Source: Paraspadella gotoi (lineage: Eukaryota > Animalia > Chaetognatha). Taken from it: a stretch of DNA of 64,000 bases. Within the stretch, counting starts at the first letter, position 1; the number at the start of each line of letters is the position of its first letter. The position numbers and the translations under genes were made by a program. The notes below the pieces were generated by a model. The model was not told the DNA's origin, did no database searches, and saw only the letters and a program-made list of their open reading frames with translations. Location of the stretch: assembly GCA_051294375.1 (NCBI GenBank), contig CM119265.1, forward strand, positions 14,252,124-14,316,123, written 5' to 3'. This document shows, one piece after another, positions 59,295 through 64,000 of this stretch.

Positions 59295-62200
59295 ACAACC
59301 TCAGGGCTCGAACCAGGGACGCACATTGGGATGGTGCATTAGTCCACTGAGGCGCTGCGAAAGAAACAGCTTTAATCCATCTGTGGTGATAGGACCACTA
59401 TAAAGTAATATTTAATATTTAATCCATCTGTGGTGATAGGACCACCATAAAGTAATATTTAATATTTAATCAAGAGGAGTAATATAAATTTTTTTTTGAA
59501 AATGATTGTTTAAATATTTAGTCAAGACAAAAATACTTTGCTAATAGTCGAAATTTTATATTATCTCTGGAGTTGGTCCCTATCAATAAGCATTGTTTTA
59601 AGTTTCTATATCTTAGTAGAATTCAGCCATTCAATACGGTTTTTTCGATGTTAAAAAGTGTCTTTTTTTTTCGCCTCAGTGTAAAGCATCAGTAAAAGTC
59701 ATGACGCTCTGGGTGAAGTACTGATACTTAGCTCACTTTTATGAAATAAACACTAATAAGTATTCAATAAGTAGCCATTGACAACACAAAAAAGCCCCAA
59801 TTTAACCNNNNNNNNNNNNNNNNNNNNNNNNNTTTCAGATATAACGATTGAGAACTTACTAAACCTTATCATTAATATTATAAAAAATAAATATTATTTT
59901 ACGGTTAAATGCGACGGAGCCTTTTGTGTTGTCAATGGCTAAACTTAAAGTGAGCCTAGAAGTATCAGTACCTTAAAAACCTTCATGCCTATTATTAATA
60001 AGTTTGAATTAGGTATAATATTTTGCGGCTGATTAAAACTTAGCAAAGCTATGGTTTCTGCAGAATTGCCGCGGGTAAAGCAAATGTTTTCTTAATTCAT
60101 ATAGGCAATTTCTGAATCAAAATATATCTGCTATTATTATTTTTTAACAGATAAATAAAACAATATTATTCTCATTTATTTGATTGTTACATTCGTTATC
60201 AACATATATTTTCAATTTGTCTTATTACTTATATTTTAAGCCCAAAAATACTTTTCCCAGAAGGTTGTTGTATGAAATATGATTATCAATAGTACCTAGC
60301 CATGGCCATTTATTCTGTAATCTACTTGAGCTACTTACCAGAAACACAGAACCAATAAAATTATTTAACGGAAGATTATTCATTGATATTAATCTAATTA
60401 ATTCCATTAATTAACAGATAGTTAAAGAAATTAGTATTAACAATGAGGATGGCATACATTAAAAGAGATTTGCACATAGTACGTATTCAGTTGTATCATC
60501 TGATATGATTGACAAGATTAAAACTCGCATCAAAGATGACTGTAACAATTGTAACAAGTCGCCCAAAATATTTTGTTATCTTATTTAGAATGGCAAAGTT
60601 ATTAGCAATTCTTTGCCAGAATATGATAAGGAGTTACTCAAATACCTCCCCAAGTCTGATTATATTAAAAAATTCGAGCCAAATAATATATCATCTACTA
60701 TCATTTTAATATATTCTTATTGGTTGTTCTTTCTATTTGTCCTTATGTTTTTAAGATTTTGGAGAGAGAAAAACAATTTCTTTAACAACAACGACTTTAT
60801 TCACGATATAATAAACAACATGTTTCGGACTTTTAATTTTAAATCTTTCATCAGGGTGCGGCCTTATTTAATCTTTGATAATACATAATTTTTTGTTCTC
60901 CACAAGTAATAACAGCACCACTGAGAAGGCATGGACGGCGAAAGAGAGAGCAGAGGAGAGAGAAATACAATGCTTTCTTCTATAACAAAGAAATAAGAAA
61001 ATAGACAGTGGTGCAGTTTTGGGATAGCGGTAGTTTGAGCAGACGAGAGGAGAAGGTTAGGTGAGGAAAAAAAAATTAAATTTGGGCAGAAGAAAGAGAG
61101 AGAGAGCAATGCAAGAGAGTCAAATATAGCATCCAATACATTATACATTCTATACATTATTCATCTTCTTTCTCTCTTTGTCACAATTTCAAATTTCTTT
61201 TTCCTCACCACCATTCTTTCTCCTCTGCTCAAACTATACCCATATCCTCACAAACTCGGACAACTGTCATTTTTTTTTTTAAATTCTGTGAAAACATATT
61301 ATTCTCTCTCTCTCTCTCTTCCCTCCATCCCTTTCACTGTTTATTGCTGAAACAAAAAAATTGATTGTACTATAAAACTTAAAAATAGCACTGATAAAGA
61401 CTTTGCCAATTAAATCGCAAACATTTATGTTTAATCTAATAAAAAAAACGTTGTTGTTAAATGTTTTTTTCTCTAAAATCGCAAAATAGTTGTCTTACTA
61501 TTATTTTCATCATTAACAAAGATTTAATGTAAATAAAAAATGACATCTGTTTGAACATCTTGAAAAATGTTATCTCTATTAAAAACAACATATAATGGAC
61601 CCAACCCCTGCTCACCAAAGCTGAGTTAAATTGATAAATATTTTTAGCTAATTAATTTTATTTTTACAAAAATCTATTTGTCTTTCATTACAAGTATTCG
61701 AAAAATATTTGGGCCTAAAACTTATTGCATCTTCAACTGTTGAGCAAATAAAGATCTTTAATATGTTATATTTGCATAAAGATTTTGTTTTAAAATTAAT
61801 ACCCGAAAAAAAACTTATCCTATTGTTTTTTTTACTTTTAAATTATACATTTTGATAATATTTGGCTTTTAAATTATTGAAGAAATATTTCCCTTTTTAA
61901 ATCTTAGCCAATTAGATCATAAGTTTGTCAGTTATATCTCTAGTTTAAAGCTCTGTTTCCCTTAATTAAAAATTCCCGTACTCTTACTTATTCAGTTAAC
62001 TACTAGGGTAAACCAAAAAATTGTCTCCATTACTATTTAGAAAAAAATTTTGCTCTAAGATTCACCGGCTATTATGATGCTTTTACACTGAGGCGAAAAA
62101 AAAGACAACTTCTTAACATCGAAAAAACCGTATTGGCATAGACGCTGAATATCTACTAAGAATATAGAAACTTAATAACAATGCTATATTGATAGGACCA

Positions 62201-63407
62201 ACTCCCGTAAAATTGTACATTAGCAAAGCTATTATTTATAATATTTCGACTATTAGAAAAAAAAAAAAAAAAATATATTTCTTAATAAATATCTAATCAA
62301 TCATCTTTCAAAAACAAATTTATATTACCTCCTCTTGATCTATTAATATTCTATGCCATCACCAGATGGACTAAAAATTAATTACTCTCTCTATGGTGCG
62401 TCCCTATCACCACAGATGGCATTAAACGCTGATTTCTTTCGCAGCCGCCTCAGTGGACTAATGCACCATCCCAATGTCGCTCCGCTGGTTCGACCCTGAG
62501 GTTGTCAATGCAGAAAGTAGAATGCGCCGAGCAGTAACCCGCCCTGTTAGGCCAAGGGCCTACTGCCGATCAAAAGCTCTGGACAATAGAGAACATGCTG
62601 TTCGCGTTGGCCAGAGGTGAAAGCCTGTGTTGCGTGCATGTCGCTTGGCCTCCGCTCCGTCCTAGCTAAAACCTGAGTCCTCAATATCGCCGAGTTCGGA
62701 GGCGTGGGATGGCCGGACAGTTGCCGATCCGAACACGCAAAACTGGGTAGAGGGGGGGTCAGGGGCGAAAGGAGATGCATAATACTCCTTCTGCCATTGT
62801 ATGTGGTTGAGCTTTACGCCAGCTGCCACCTTCCCGCATAGAGGACCAAGCCAGCCAATAGAAGGATGAGCGTTGCAGGTGTTTTCCGTACGAGTTGACA
62901 TCGCACAGGCGTGTCATCCCCGTCTTTGGAATACATGTGTAGCTTCGCGCTCTCGTCATGTGAGAGATTCTCGGAGGGAGGACTCCCGCGCTCTGGCGCG
63001 CTCTCTAATTCACCGCCAGATGCGCATTAAAACGGTTTTTCATTTCGCCCAGTATACGCGACGCCTTCGCATCTCCTAGGCCGTAAAGTGACACCAAAGG
63101 GCCATTCCCAAAATCTGCGCCTATGACGTCGCCCTGCTCTCCGGTTCCGACCTTGAAGGTTGTCTAATTGCTAGACAAACATTGGGAATGCGAAACAAAA
63201 AAAACCTCGTGGAGGAAATCACCAAAGCCTGTCCAAGTTCTACCCGCCTGTAAAGAAAGGAAGTGGCAAGATAGCTTACTTACTAAATGAATAGATAATT
63301 TTTATATAGGTCCTGTACCAATGTCATTATAAAAACTAAAGCATCAGCGTTGTTCGTAAATCGCCAGTAGTTCCCGCAATACGTCGTGCGCCTCACTAGC
63401 TAATCGG

Positions 63408-63800
63408 ATGAAGGAAGACTCCGCCTTCACGCGAAAATCTCTTCATCGATCTCTCGACGCGCCCGCCCCAGTCAAAGTCGTGACGTCGACGACGCACCCC
63501 TGGCGGAGGAAGGAAAAGACGATCGTGGAACGCACAGTACCACCCAAACATCGACACTCCACTTGGAGGATGGGGAACGGTCTGGTGGCTGACTTTATAT
63601 CTTTGCTTTGTGACCATCTGACATTTTTTTCCCCTTTCCCATTAATCAATTAAGCTTACGATTCTTTTCTCGATCCACCTGTAATACTCCTGGACACAGC
63701 GGTCCGGACACTCCACTTAAAGATTATGCAACCTGTCCAAGTCCGGAACGGCCAACGCTCCGTCGTGACGATTCCACTTAGTGAGGCCACGTCACCCTGA
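63408..63800 (+). other. GC-rich exon-like sequence; possible small two-exon ORF, unresolved
   Basis: MKEDSAF...MGN can splice (G|gtctgg ... taag|CT) to AYDSFLDPP...EATSP*, but minus-strand splice sites are also plausible and no homology is recognisable. Confidence 0.25.
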
Positions 63801-64000
63801 GCGTTCCGCCGCAGAGATGCTCCGATCCGTAGATCCAATTGTATAAGCTCAACGCTGACCTGTTGGATCCAAATTTAAAATATAAAAGTCAATTTCTATT
63901 TTTTTTTCACTTCCATTGAAACACTGGCGCATTTCTAGAACCCCCTCCTCGACCTAGCGGAGAGGGAGAAGACGTCGAGACAGAACTACCCTCAAACCCG

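Larger units (their letters stand above)
58700..59402 (-). mobile_element. Miniature non-coding LTR retroelement (TRIM/retrozyme-like), family B
   Basis: 5' LTR ~59402-59147 (ends CA), ~30-nt tRNA-Trp-complementary PBS at 59145-59116, ~150-bp internal region, purine tract GGGGGCAGC, and 3' LTR 58962-~58700 (starts TGT). Confidence 0.85.
58700..63200. repeat. ~4.5-kb imperfect palindrome centred near 61135 (probable long-read fold-back artefact)
   Basis: 61020-61100 mirrors 61165-61240, 59400-59690 mirrors 62075-62400, and TRIM B mirrors 62400-63200. Differences are indel-rich. Confidence 0.8.

Noticed and set aside
59295-59360. GGTTCGAGCC B-box-like motif suggesting a tRNA gene or tRNA-SINE
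   Set aside because: No cloverleaf forms; paired LTRs with a PBS and PPT explain the repeat better.

Overview
AT-rich, intron-rich invertebrate (metazoan) genomic DNA from a draft assembly with N-gaps; the species cannot be determined from the sequence. The left half holds six co-directional minus-strand genes, in transcription order POLR1B, SPO11, IPMK, TTC39, GOT1 and RABGAP1 (which runs off the left edge). POLR1B-SPO11-IPMK are only about 100-150 bp apart and have orphan 3' splice sites before their ATGs, which suggests an SL trans-spliced operon. An unknown coiled-coil gene lies antisense inside the last POLR1B intron. The right half is one ~3,550-aa RGG/zinc-finger gene with a 7.26-kb exon, followed by repeats and a probably artefactual ~4.5-kb fold-back. 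The most novel signal is three sequence-divergent families of ~240-260 bp LTRs: two miniature non-coding LTR-PBS(tRNA-Trp)-PPT-LTR elements, a solo LTR with a 6-bp TSD, and a fragment. All carry the same covarying RNA fold, which matches a circularly permuted (P5-type) twister ribozyme, making them candidate animal LTR retrozymes built on twister rather than hammerhead. Catalytic activity is untested and each copy shows decay. The window also contains Penelope-type minimal hammerhead remnants, a CRE-like RLE retrotransposon, several MITEs, and apparently frequent GC-AG and AAG splice sites. All gene models were spliced by eye.
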